From NCBI GenBank assembly GCA_964016885.1, contig CAXHJY010001709.1, forward strand, positions 1 through 63,105: DNA of 63,105 bases, in the 5' to 3' direction. This DNA comes from Eledone cirrhosa. Taxonomy: Eukaryota. The number at the start of each line of letters is the position of its first letter. Positions within the stretch are counted from its first letter, which is position 1. Below, piece by piece: positions 12,801 through 27,000 of the stretch. The position numbers were made by a program, and so were the translations under genes. The notes under the pieces were generated by a model. The model was not told where the DNA came from. It worked only from the letters and a program-made list of their open reading frames with translations, and searched no databases.

Positions 12801-15800
12801 TTGATTGAATTAACCTCTGTACATACCTGCTAAATATTCAATTGATTTTATAGAGATTCTGTAAGGTGGAAGTGCTGGTGCCACAACATGAAGCCCCTAG
12901 CCCACCCTGTGAGGTGATAGTGCTTGTCCCATACCAAAAAGTACCCAGTCTACCCTGTAAGGGTAATGATAAAACACTCACAGTCCCAGTATGTGCGTTA
13001 GGAAGGGCATCCAGCCATAGCAATCAGAATCCCAGTACATGGTGTAAAGTGGTTGTGTTAGAAAGAGCATCCAGCTTTAGAAACCAATCCAAAAATAGAG
13101 CACTGAGTAGAGTGTAGTCACCTGCCCAGTCTAGGCTCAGTACATGACAGCCTGTTTAACTCATGCAAGCATGGAAAATAGACATTAAATTGTGATGATG
13201 ATGATGATTACATTAAGAGATTTGTTTTAAATAAAAGATTAACTCACAGAGTTGGAATCGCCAGGAATTTTCCAGTGACAACGGAATATTTCTCCTAGAA
13301 TTGGATTGTAAGGTTTCTTCGCTATCTCACTCTTTCGTCCTGCATGAAAAGCTGACATATACCATCTGACAACTTGCAGCATTCGGTCTTTGGGATTCTC
13401 AATATCAGCAATCCTAAAATAAAAGCAATTTTTTGACAAGGTGAATATAATTTAAGATACTCTATAGTCTAAATTCCTATATTCTCTGGTCTATATTTCT
13501 ACACCACAACTGCTATTTTTGTTTTTAATTATACACACACACATATATATATATAAGTTGTAATGAAATAGTGTTGGTTCCACAATAAATACTATCATGT
13601 CCACCCTGTAAAGTGGTAGTGCTGGTCCCATGATGAAATCACTCAGTTTGTACTGTAAGGTGGTAGTGCTAGTGCCATGACAAAAAGTACTCAGTCCACC
13701 TTATAAGGTGGTTAGTATTGTTGTCACAATAAAATGCTCTCAGTACATGCTGTAAAGTGGTTAGCGTTAGGGATAGCATCCAGCCAATGAAAGCAAGTCG
13801 AAAATGGAGCATTCAAGGATGATATCTCTAACTCATGCAAGCATGGAAAATAGACGGCTATTCCCCATGCTTGCATGGGTTAGACAGGCTGTCATGTACT
13901 GTGGCTAGACTGCATTGTCTTGGTGTATGTTTTAATTGAATTCAGTGAAGAGTTGTCAGAACTGATGAAATGGATAAAGTACTAGGCTCTCTTAAATAAA
14001 TGAAATTTATGCTCTACTACATGAATTCAACATAACATTTCTTACAGCCTGCCCTATGTAATTTATATCAAGAAGTATATTTTCTTGGCTGCTATCTCCA
14101 ACACTAATTATGTTATGTAGATAACAGTACTTGTCAATAACTTTCTGAGTCATCTGCATAGTCCATGATCTTTAACCAAAGGTTACATACTTGAATTCAA
14201 GTGATGCATCTAAAAGTCTGTTTTCTTCTTAATAAGCAAGACATTTGTTTGACTAATACTTGACTATTCAACATCGGTTGTGTTGAGAAGTTCCAATATA
14301 TGAGATCTTTCAAACTTCAGATTTATGAAAGACAATGCCTATAAATATGTCAGATTTATCTCAGGTTTAACACTTTACAATTACAACCTTTATAAAATAC
14401 TCTTTTTAAATGAATTACAAAAAAATAATAAACTATCACCTTTCCCATTCAACACAGAAAGCTAGGTACACTTAACAATATGTCAGACATCATCCACTTG
14501 TTTTAAGATCAATCCCATGACTGAGCACTTCCTCTCCCATAATGGGATGTCTCCCATCCCTCACTCCCAACAATGCCTCTGCAGCCAGACCAATTGTAAT
14601 GAAGTAGTGTTGGTGCTACAATAAAATGCACCCAGTCCACCCTGAAAGGTGATAGCGCTGAAGTCACAATAAAATGCACCCAGTACATGCTGTAAAGTGG
14701 TTGGCATTAATAAGGGCATCTATCCATAAAAACCAAGCAAAAAATGGAGTAGATGAACAGAATATAGTCACCTGACCAGTCTAGACTCAGTACACGACAG
14801 CTCTTCTAAACCAGATAAGCATGAAAAATAAACATTAAATGGTGATGATGTTGATGATAATTTTTATAAGATGAATAAAACAAAATGATCACATGGAATT
14901 CACATAAATTATTTAATGATGTATGTTTGTTTAGATATATCCACATAGTTACTTACTTAACAAATAAATCAGGATGTGCAAAAAAGTCAGCATACATCTC
15001 TAGAAGAGAGCGCCTCTCTAGAATAAATGTAGGTAGGACAACTTTAGTCAAGTCCATTCCAATGCGTACTTGAGATAACAAATGAGTGATGACACTGCCA
15101 TGATTTTCCAAGGACTCCACTGAAAGAAGAAAAAGTGAATTGTATGAACTAAGTAAAAAAATTTTTTAATAGATCTTTTATTATTTTGATGGAAAGGGTG
15201 GTGGATTGGCAGTATCGGTAGAGGGTCGGACGCCATGCTTTGCAGCATAGAGTTACGGCACTATGATCTGAGTTCAAATCCCGCTGAGGTTAACTTTGCT
15301 TTTCATCCTTACGGAGTCGATAAAATAAAGTACCAGTCACACACTGGGATCGATTTAATCGACTTTCCCCTTCCTCAAAATTGCTGGCCTTGTGCCTATA
15401 TAAGAAACCATTATTTTGATGGAAAATATGGGAAAAACTTTCATACAGAGCTGCTTTGGATAGTTGAATCATTAATGTGTAAAATAAATACTATAAGAGT
15501 ACTTAATATGATACCATTATGTTATGTCCCTAAAAATTTGTTGTTAAGGGAGTAAACTAAATAATATAGTTATAGAAATTAAGTAAAGAGTTTTAATGAG
15601 GAGTAAAACAGTATATTTGCAAAAGCAACAAAAAGATTTTTCTTGGCATATTATTAAAACACTAGTGGACCTGTGCCATCAATAATGATGGCAATAACAT
15701 TGGATGTGTTTAATTTTTGGAGTCCAGGATTGGTATGCTACATATATCGGGATTACCAATTATATCAAAACTGGGAATTTTGCATTTTGATATATCAATT

Positions 15801-18800
15801 TATGGCTTGCATAAGAGAAACCCTATAGTTGACATACCAACCTTGGACATTTTAAACCTGGAAGAGCTCTTCCAGGTTTAAAATGCTGATTTCTTCTAGA
15901 AATGGAGAGAGTGAGAGAGGCAGAATCAACCCCAATACTGGACTGGTATTTCTTTTATCAACATCAAAAGGATGAAAAGCAAAGTTGACCTTTGAACTCA
16001 GAGAACAGAGAGCTGAAACAAATACTGCAAAGCATTTTATCTGATGTCCAAATGACTTTGCTAATTTTCCACCTTATACTAGAATGTAGTTTGTGGCATA
16101 TAGAAATATAACTTCAACACGATACAATAATTAAAACAAGGTTATAATGATATATACTGTGTAGTATGTGAACAAACACAGATTAGCAAATATTGCACAG
16201 TAATAGCATGATAAAAGATCTACGAGAGTGTTTATCTGAAAAATAGAGCATAATTGACATGAAATGAAGATTAACTTTCGATAGTAAACTGCCACAAACA
16301 TGCTATAATAATATGAATGGTCCTATACTGTAGATTGGAAAATTAACAGAATCAGTCTACTTACATTCTTCTCTATCTTCTTCATCATAAAGTTCTGTAA
16401 CAAAAGAAAAGAAAAAGAAAATCAACTTTTGAATAATGAGAAAATATTTACATTGAAGCATGCTTGCTTCGATGAATGTGTGATGTTGATATATAAATGG
16501 CAAAACATGGATGGGCTAAAAGAAAAAAGTGGGTATAAGAAGAATCAAATGCAAGAGAGAAGACTGCACTATTATAGACATGTGATGTGTGTGAATGATG
16601 ATCACAGGAGTTTCCAGGGGAAGGAAGCTGCAGTAGAGAAAGATCAAGGAAGATCTGGGTAGAAGTAAAGACAGTGAATCTCAAAATGCTGAACTCAATA
16701 GATGGAGAGAAGCTGTGTTGAAAAAGACCTGTCCAACTGTTGCTAGCATGGAAAAGCAGATGTAAAATGATGATCATCATCATATAACGTTAGTTTTCCC
16801 TGCTAACAAAAGTTGGACAGGTTGTCATTGACTAAGTCGGTACTTAATTGAAGCTACTGACCTATCAGACTAAGGGGCTACATTTCACATTCCTGCGCTC
16901 TACAAGATGCACTGGGTGCATTTTATTGTGATAGCACCAGGAAGGTTATCATGTCTTTGACATAACTGAAGAGTCTTTTTGGCCCTTTATTTGGCAAGTT
17001 TTCTATGGTTGGATGCCCTTCCTATCACCAACCACTTTAAGAGGAAATACTTGAATGACGGGAAAAATGTTTAAAAATATTTTTATTTTCTACTAATATC
17101 CTGATTTTGTTCTGTTTTCTCACATTTTGATAAGAAAATAAAAGGTTAAGAGACACCATGATGTGCTGTCATATTCACTCACCGAATTGTTTGTGTAGGG
17201 AATATATTTTTGATCTTATCCTCACCATCACCATTTAACATCTATTTTAACATCTATTTTCCATGCTTGCAATAGGTCAGATAGGCTGTCATGTTCTGAG
17301 GCTAGACAGCTCAGGTGACCATGTCTCGCTGATATGTTCCATTTTGGTATGGTTTCTTTGGCAAGATGCCCTTCCTAACACAAACCACTTAATAGCATAT
17401 ACTGGGTATTTATTTATTTATTTAATCAATTTAAACGTCCGTATAGAGCTAGCAAGCCATGACAGACTAGGAGAAGTATTTAGTACTTCTTACAGTTGAG
17501 AAACAAAAAACAAGATAGACAGAGATAAGTAAATATCAAAATTAAAATGAGGAAGGCTAACAGGAGGCAAAATATGCATAAAAAAGACAAAGAAGAAAAT
17601 GGAAAACAAGGGAAGCTGTAAAGCAGCTAGGAGGCTCTGTTGTTGAATCTTTTCGTAACTTCCATGAACTCAAAAACTTTCTTTATAGTTTGTAGATCTT
17701 TTACAATATATTGGTAGTTTTTTAATGTTCAGTTTCAAGATGTCCTCTCTCTCAGACTGGTAGTTTCTACAAATAGTACCATAGAGTTTCCTGGAAGTCA
17801 CCACAAGAACATAAAGGTGATTCTCTATGACCTGTTTGTCATAAAATGTTGTTCAATAGTATATGTCCAGTTCAAAGCCAGCATAATTTATTTTATTCAT
17901 ATTACTCAGTGTCTGATATGTTTTAAATGCTGTCAGACTTGGTTGAGTAGGAGATAAGGAAGAATTTAGAGATTAGCTCTTAAATGTCAAAGTTTTCCCA
18001 ACTTTGATTAATTATATTTTTGTTAAATGATTTCACTTGCAATAGATTTTGGATGTTGTTTATATCTATTATTTCCCTTTCTACTCACTCCATTGCTAAT
18101 TCATCTGCTTTCCTATTTCCTCTCATATCTGTATGGCCTGATATACAAATCAATGTTATTTGTATGTTTTATCATGGCACTGCTACTACCACCAAGCAGG
18201 GTGGATTGGGTGCTTTTTATCATGGCACCAACACTACCATTTTACAGTGTAGACGGTGCATTTTATTGTGACACCAGAACTACCGCTTTACAGAGTGGAT
18301 TCTGTGTATTTTATTGTGACACCATTACTACTACTTAACAGGGTGGACTGGGTGCATTTTTTTGTGTGGCACAGGCACTTTACAGAGTGGTCGGGGAAGA
18401 CAGTGGGAAGATGAGAGCAATGCCAAGGAAGGCAAGATAGATGTTGCTTGCCAAAGGCAGGATGTGAGAGGGAGGTGGCCTGCAAAGGGAAGCAAACAAG
18501 AGAGCATATAACAATATGCTTTTGTTAATGAAGAATTAAACAGAAATTGATAAAAACATACCGTCAAATATATCATCTTCAGAAGTGATAACACGTGGAA
18601 GAGGCGTTTCAACAGGACTTTCTTCAGCTGGTGTTTGCATTGGACTGGCTTCTCCTGAAGTTGCAGATTTTCTGAAAAAAAAAAAAAGTCCAGATAAAAA
18701 TGGAGTGAATATTAAATATTCTAATTTTAATTATTTTTCTTTAAATTTGACAATTTTGTATCATCAAAACAGGCATTCTGATACAATATGAACATTCTTG

Positions 18801-21060
18801 TTCTGATGATACTAAAATGGCTTCAAAAGCTGCTGGTTGACATGGACAATAAATAGCTGATGTACTGTTAATAAATACATGAAATCAACTGTATACCTGT
18901 AAATATGTTATACATCAGAGAAAGGAACAAGCCTGGATATCAAATGTTAAAATAAATTGAGTTCACATAAAATGAGTTTAGATGGAATAGACAGTTGTGT
19001 AGGAACTAATGATGTCTTCAGGAAATGAAGCAATTATGATAGGTGATCGAATAACACATTCCTGGTTTGTATTATAATGAACCACCAAAGAATTTGTATA
19101 AATTTAACCCTTTCGCTACCATATTTCTAAAGCTCTGCCTAGGATTTTAAAATCATTTTGAAAATAACCAAGAATTTTTAGGGACTTAATAACATAACTA
19201 ATTTTCTCATAATTAAACTGGTGTTTGGAACATAACTTGAGATAGGTTCTTGCATCAGATTATGAAGGAAGGTTTTTAGATAAATATAAACACCTTAAAA
19301 CAGTCTGTTTTGAATCCTAGAACCAGGGATAGTTTCAGGCAGTTTTGTATCAAAAGGGTTAATTGATGTGGTAGACATACTGTTAATTGCTTATAATTGT
19401 TAGGGTTATCAAGATACTTATAAAACTGTGAGCAATAGTAAGGACTTCATTTGGTTTGTGGATTTAAACTGTGATAAATCAAAGCAAGATAAACTGGTTG
19501 CTACATTATAACTTATTAATTAGCCTTCACTGGAAAATTTAGCTGAATCACATGGCGCTTCATCATTAACACTTTTGATACCAACGTGCTTATAACTGTC
19601 ACTGGTTCTATGAGATAAAACCAACCATTTTAAAGGGTTCTTATAGAAATTAAAGCCTTTGTAAGAACTTCTGTCAATTAATTACAAGTACTATTTTAAT
19701 AATAAAACAATTACTCTTAGGAAATTCCTCCAAATTCTTTTGATCCCAAACTGCCAAAAATCCTCCCTGGTTCTATGAAATAAAACCACCCATTTTAAAG
19801 GCTTTCTATTTAAATTAAAATCTTTCAACATAATTTTACTTTCATTGGGTTATATTACAAATACCTTCTAAATAATGAAATAATTAATAATTCTAGTATA
19901 TCCCACATTCATTTCTCATTGATTAATTAAAATAGAGAGTATTTCTTTAGAAATAGTCATATAAGATTTAACACTTTAGCATTTAGATAACTATATATAT
20001 ACTATTGTAGTTTCACGGTAATATTCACATAATATTGAATCTATAAGATTTTGATATTTATTTTGAGAACAATACCTTAACATAAGTAAGAGTAGCCAGT
20101 TATGGCCGGTTTGAACAGAAAGAGGTGAGAGAATTCTGACCAGATATAGCCGGTTTAAATACTAAAGGGTTAAGTAACCATCAAAATGTATAAAGAGATC
20201 TGAAACAAGACATCTATGAGTAGATTCAAAAGATTTTTAACAAATTTGCATTATTGACAGACTAATATGGTTTTTAAATTTTGGTTTGTATTACTAGTAC
20301 AGTTTTACAATACAATTTATATGAATAAAATGATGTCGAACATACATAAGAGTTTCTGAAAAAGCAATGAAATAATTTTTAATATATTTATGAGCTTGCC
20401 CAACATTGTATTACTGTTCATCATCCATCAACTTTTCCATGCTGGCATGGGTGGAATGGAACTTTTTGAGGCAATGCTTTACAGTTGGATTCCCTTCCAG
20501 ATGCCAGCCCTTTTAGTCACTTCTTACAACATGCAGTGATTAAATAATTGTTTCTAATTTGGGTACAAGGGCCAGCAATTTGAGAAGAGGTGGGAAAGTC
20601 AATTACATCAAATCCAGTACTTGACCAGTACTTTATTTTATGAAGGGAAAAGTTCACCTCAGCAGAATTTGAACTCAGAATGTAACAGGTTGTAACTAAA
20701 TACTGTAAGGCATTTTGTCCAATGCTTTAGAATAATTGTTTCTACTCTTGGCACAAGGCCAGCAATTATTCCAGTGCATTACTGGTACTTTATTTTATCA
20801 ACCCCGTAAGGATGAAAGGCAAAGTTAACCTCGGCGTGTTTTGAACTCAGACCATAAAGGTCTGTAACTCTTTGCGGCGACGCATAGCGTCCGACCCTCT
20901 ACCAATACTGCCAATCAATAACATGAATATACCTTTACCCTTACTCTATCCAGCATTACTCCACTCCTCTCCCACTATCAAGGCTCTGTCCTCCTTAAAT
21001 CCTGGAACACTAGTCATAAGTCCTTACAAGCTATTATCGTCACAGTACCACCCACCACCA

Positions 21061-21096
<36 letters not shown>

Positions 21097-24000
21097 TTGG
21101 AGGTTACTACTTCCCCTCATACTCATCATCCTGTCAAATCCCACCACACTTGTCAGACTTATGACATCATACATATCCTTCTTACACCCTCAACCTAGTA
21201 GAATAGAGAAAGCTATTCAGTTAAATCAACAACCGACAACTTGTTAAGTGTTGGTGCCATGAAAAATGCACCCTGTTCATACTGTAAGTTGGTTGGTATT
21301 AGGAAGGACTTCCAGCTGTAGAAATTATGCAAAAAAAAAAAAAAAAAAGGATCAAGAGTACAACTTCTCTGATGTTGGTGATCTACATGATAAACGCACC
21401 CAGTACATTTTGTAAAGTGGCTGGTGATAGGAAGGGCATCTAGACATAGAAAACCTTCCAAACAAAGAGTTGGGAGGCTTTTTCAAAGACATAACTTCCC
21501 TAGTACTTGTGCTACAATAAAATCCATTCGGTAGTGTGTGGAAATGGATGAAAGCAAGGTGTGTGCTCCCAGCCCATCTGAGAGGCCAGTAGTTCCACTG
21601 GAGTTCTGACCTAGTCTGTGATAACCTGTCCAGCTCTTGCTAGGAGGGAAAAGTATGTTAAATGATAACATTTATTACAAAATTAATGAAAACTGATTTA
21701 TAGTCACAGAACAAAAATAGCATTCTACAAATAAATAAATAAATAAATAAATAAAATAAAAAGATCTAAACCTAGGAAAAGATAACACTTAACTCTTTAC
21801 GTACTATATTTCTAATGACAGACATTGCTTATAATTTTTTACATAATCAGTTTTGTATTGTGTAACCAAGGATGGTTTCAGACAGTTTGTTAAAATGGTT
21901 ACAATAAACAGTTTAGAATCATAAAATCAGAGGTGGCTCCAGACAGTTTGGTATTAGAAGGGTTAGAATAAACAGTTTAGTATCATAGAACTAGGGATAG
22001 TTTCAGGCAGTTTAGTATTAAAAGGGTTACAATAAACAGCTTAGTATCATAGAACCAGAGGTCCTTTCTGGCGTTTTGGTATAAAAGAGTTAATACTCGT
22101 TCTAGAGATTCAAGAGCCTACAAGCTAATTTCTGAATTACCAAACATTAATGAATGAAACATGTTATTCAACATACTTTTGACTAATATTGTGATGTTAT
22201 ACTAAATATATCCATTGAGAGTAAAAATTAGTTAGAATATAAATAGATGTTACACAGAACAAATATAACCCTGTTTATATAAATCTGTTAGAATTACTTC
22301 AGTATATTTCCACTGAACTGAGATTCACTGTCTGGGATGTACACAAGATAAATAAATTTTTTTGTGAGATGAAGTAAGCCTTAGCATTAAACTGAAAACC
22401 AAAGCCATTGTTCATTATCTACTCACTGCTACAACACTGATGTTATCACAATTATTTGGATGCAATTTTATTTTCTTGGGGGCATTTTAGTTCTCATACC
22501 TATTTTGCCAAACCAAAAATTCTCCAGTCCACTGTTAGGTGGCTGTGCTGTGACCACAACGAAAAAAGAAAGCACCTAATCCAACCTATAAGGTGGTCAT
22601 ACAAGTGGCTGAAAAAAAAAAAAAAAAAAAAAAATCATCACCTAGTCAACCCTCTTAAGTGGTCGTGCTGGTGCCATGATAGAAAAGTACCCATTCCACT
22701 GTTAGATGGTAGTGCTGGTGACATAGCAAAAAGCTTCAAATACAAGCTGTAATGTAGTTGGCATTAGAAAGCGCATCCAACTGTACAAAAAGAGGTCAAA
22801 AACTGATATGAGCAAAATGTGGTCACCTGACCTGTCTGGCCTCATTACGTGACAGCTTGTCTAACCTTTGCAAGCATGGAAAATAGACATTAAACAGTGA
22901 TGATGATGATAATGATATAAAGCTCATTGCTATTTGTGAATCGATACACATATGTTGCTGTTTTAGTTTAACCTTAAGTTTCCCTTCATTGACCATATCT
23001 ATGCTAAAGCCTTCTGGTATACTCAGGACTACATTATCCAATGTGTCCTTCCTTTTGAAAGAAAGAGATTTGGCTGCTATTTTGCACATGTACAAAAAAC
23101 TCCCCAAACATGTATATATTTCATTGCACATACATAAATGTAGCCCTTTGTTGTACATCAGCTGGAGGAACAAGGTAGCAAGGTAAGGTAACATACATAA
23201 ATACATTAATATATGTGCAATATTTTCTCTACTAGAAGGCTTGTGTGACACATCAACAAACTATGCACATAATTGTCTGTTAGCAGCTGGAATTTAACAT
23301 TTAATGTAAAAACTGATAACAAACCAGTAGTTTCCTCTACTACTACTACTGTCATTTACAATCGAGTATGACTTGGTAGCATGACCCATGATTTTGCTAA
23401 AGGTTTTTAGATGACATGGACACCCTCTTGACCCTTCCTCTTTTGTTCCAGCAGAACATCCAAGATGTGACAGCTGGAAGGAGAGAAGGTTGCACTTGTA
23501 CTGTGCTGGTGCTTTCTTTGTCAACCCCAAAAGGATGAAGGGCAAAATGGACCTCAACTGGATTTGAACTCAGAAAGCAGAGATCCATCATTCTCGTGAT
23601 TCTACCAAATTGACCACCCTAAGTCTCCTCTAATGGAATAGATTAAACTATAGGCCGTTATACCTCACTTATTTGGAGCTGAAATATAGATTCATTACTG
23701 TTTGCTAAAATTAAATTATTCTATTTATCTTTACTTTTTGTGATTAATCCTTTAGTTATATTTCTAATGAAAGGCACTGCCAATAATTAAAAAATTGGAG
23801 GGATTTAGTAATATAACTAACTTTCTCAATACCTATGTGTTTAGAATATAACAAAATTTCTCATATAAAATGGAAGGTTTTTTTTAATATACTTATAAAC
23901 AACTTTGTATCATAGAACCAGAAGTGATTTCAAGTGGTTTGACATCAAAAGGGTTAAAAATACAAAATTTGGTGCATAATAGCATGAGAAAATAAAAATA

Positions 24001-27000
24001 TTTGAGTATGGATTTCTGTAGCTCAGTATCCTCATAATTGTGGATTTATATATCTTTTAATATATTCAGTTTTATATTCATTTTTCTTTTACTGAATTAA
24101 ATGCAGTAGGTTTGTATATGTCAATATTAATATATGCTTTTGTTTAGCCCCAAGTCACTAACAAATCAAGCAAACCTCTGATTAAAGGCATTTCAGCAAT
24201 GGCCACCCACGCTTCTTTTTCCATAAACACTACTTTATTCAATATGTTCTCCGTTTTTCACAATGTCATGGTGTGATTTAAGAGAGATATCTGACTGTTA
24301 TTTATAGCAAATCAAGTTACTGCCCAGAACAGTGTTTTTTAATAGAGGCTGTAACGCTCCTTTATGGGTGTTATAGAAAATAGGGGATGTGAAAAATGAA
24401 TATGCCAAAAGTATTACACTGATATTGCACAATATAACTATAATATGGTGTTGGTGAGGCATTGAGGATTTTACAAAATCACAAGAAGGCATTAAGTTGA
24501 GAACCACTAGTTTAGCAGCTCCCTTGTTAGTCCAAAACATTTAGATATTGTTAGTACCAGTATTTCTTTTCAGTGATTATGCACTCATAAAATAAGTGAA
24601 TAACTACAGAAGCCAACAGAGAGATGTAACTTGCCAAGAGCTAACTACAATTACTTTATTTATATTTTATGTCAGTTCCTTTGAGATTCTTCACATGAGA
24701 AGGAAACATTTTTAACTTAGTAGACCAAATTACAAAATTGCTAAAACTATTAATCAAACATAGACCTATTTAATACTTTTTTTATTGGTTGGTTTATAGT
24801 TGTTGCTCAAAACATTAAAATTTATCCCAGATAAAACAGTTTTACAGATAAATAATTTAACCTTTTGTTGAAAGCTTAACCCATTAGTTACTAACCCGGC
24901 CCAAACTGGCTCTGGTCCTATGTAATAAAACCAGCTATTTTAAAGGCTTCCAGTTTAATCTTCCAACATAATTTCATATAAGTACCTTACATTAAGTTAC
25001 TATCTTAGTAATAAAATAATTAATAATTTAAGTAACTCTCTCAAAATTCTTCATTAATTAATTGAAATAGAGTGTATTTTATTAAAATTGCAGTCATGAA
25101 AGGGTTAAAATAGTTTACAAATACTCTCAATTTATAAAATATATTGCCATATATATAAATTATATATTTCATAAAAACTTATTTGACATAATCTTCCACA
25201 ACATGAAATGTATAGCATTTGACATAATCATCTTCAACATAAACTGTAAAACACAGAAACTTTTATATTGCATTGATGACATATAATAACTTGCAATAAG
25301 GAGACTCCAAAAGACAATATTGTTTGATGGAAAAAGAAAATAATTTGTATCAATCTTCTTTTAAGACAGAAGTTGTATGTTAACATTTGGAGTGGAAGAC
25401 AATGTAAATAATTGGGTTATTTTTAATTTAGGAGCTGCTGTCATCCAGATACATCAATTAAGACTATGGATATTGTATAAAAATTTTCTAAAGTCTCAAA
25501 TATGTCTGGGCTGCAGCAATACTCACTCTGAGGTAGTCTTTGGAGAACCATACCGGTATTCTTCAGCATCATAGAAGTCTTCATCTTCACTACTTGAATA
25601 GGAAATGTCAGGCACTTGTGTAACAGACACTTCATTAGAGCTGGCATCTGTTCTCTTCATACTTACAGGATCGTGGCTATTAGTAGGAATGTTATTGCTA
25701 TCTGGGCTGGATACAATGGAACCTAAACATGAATGGCAAAACACACATATTAGACGTCTCATACCATAGACTGATTAGTCTGTCTGCTGGAGAGGAATAT
25801 CTAAACAAAAGAAACCTTTCTCATAATTTTATATCAGCTTTCTGTGCTGACATGAATTGGATGGGTCGTCATAGTTTCAAACCAGATGGGTCAGAGAATT
25901 ACATCTTGCTTGTACATTCAATCTACAGTTACTAAGTGCATTATTATGGAATCAGCAAGCAGAGCATAGGAAGCAATGCAGACCTATTGGGACTGAGGTC
26001 TATAGAGGAGGACTTGGCAGACACAGGCATGGCCTCGGAACAGGGCTTGTGACTATGCTGGGTGGAGATCCCTCATTATCCAATGCTCCATAGGGAGCAA
26101 AAGGAACTAAAGAAGAAAAAAATACCATTGAAAAAATACCAAAGTCTTGATGCATTTGTATAATTGTAAGGTATTCATTCCTAAATAAATTAATACACAC
26201 TCTACATTGCTATGCAACAAATATACTCTTCATGAGATTCTTCTTGAGGCCATGTTTTATGGCCAGATGCCCTTCCTGGCACCAACTTTTTTAGTTGCTT
26301 CTTATGACATGTAAAGATATGGTGTACCTATTCTTAACGAGATACACACAACATTCTCATCTCTGTACAAGTGGAAAGGCAATCTTCTTGACTGTGGCTC
26401 ATATAGAACAAATAAGTTATTGGATCATGGAATGAGGATATTAGAAAGTGTTAAAGAAGGGGATAAGGAAAAAAAGTGAAGGTTAGAATGCAGTTTGGAT
26501 TTGTAGTAGAAGAGGAATGGCTGATGCAATTTTTGCTGTGAGCTATGGGAGAAGTACATGGACAAGAAATTGCTTTGGGATTTGTTGATTTAGAGAAAGT
26601 TTTCGATGAGGTTCCATGTAAGGTGGTGACATGAGCATTGAAAGAGTTAGGAGTTGGGGAGTGGTTGGTTAGAGTAGTGATAACAATGTATAAGAGATCA
26701 CACAGTCGTAAGTATAAAGGACAGGAACAGTGACAAGTTTGCAGTACATCAGAAGTCAGTATCAAACCCACTACTATTTGAGTCAAACCCATATCTTTCA
26801 ATACCATACATGTGTGTTACCATTACATTAAAGGGCAACTGAAAAATCCACTTTTATTTTCCTTAAAATATGATTAACCAAAATTCTTATTAAAACAAAA
26901 AAAAAACAACTAAATAGATTACCTGGATATGTGCATGACAAGCGCAGTGTTCAAGCCCTTTTTAATTTGCTAATAAATCAACACAAAATCAGCATTAAAT

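Noticed and set aside
15196-15290. tRNA-like A and B boxes
   Set aside because: No cloverleaf; these are SINE heads present in many copies
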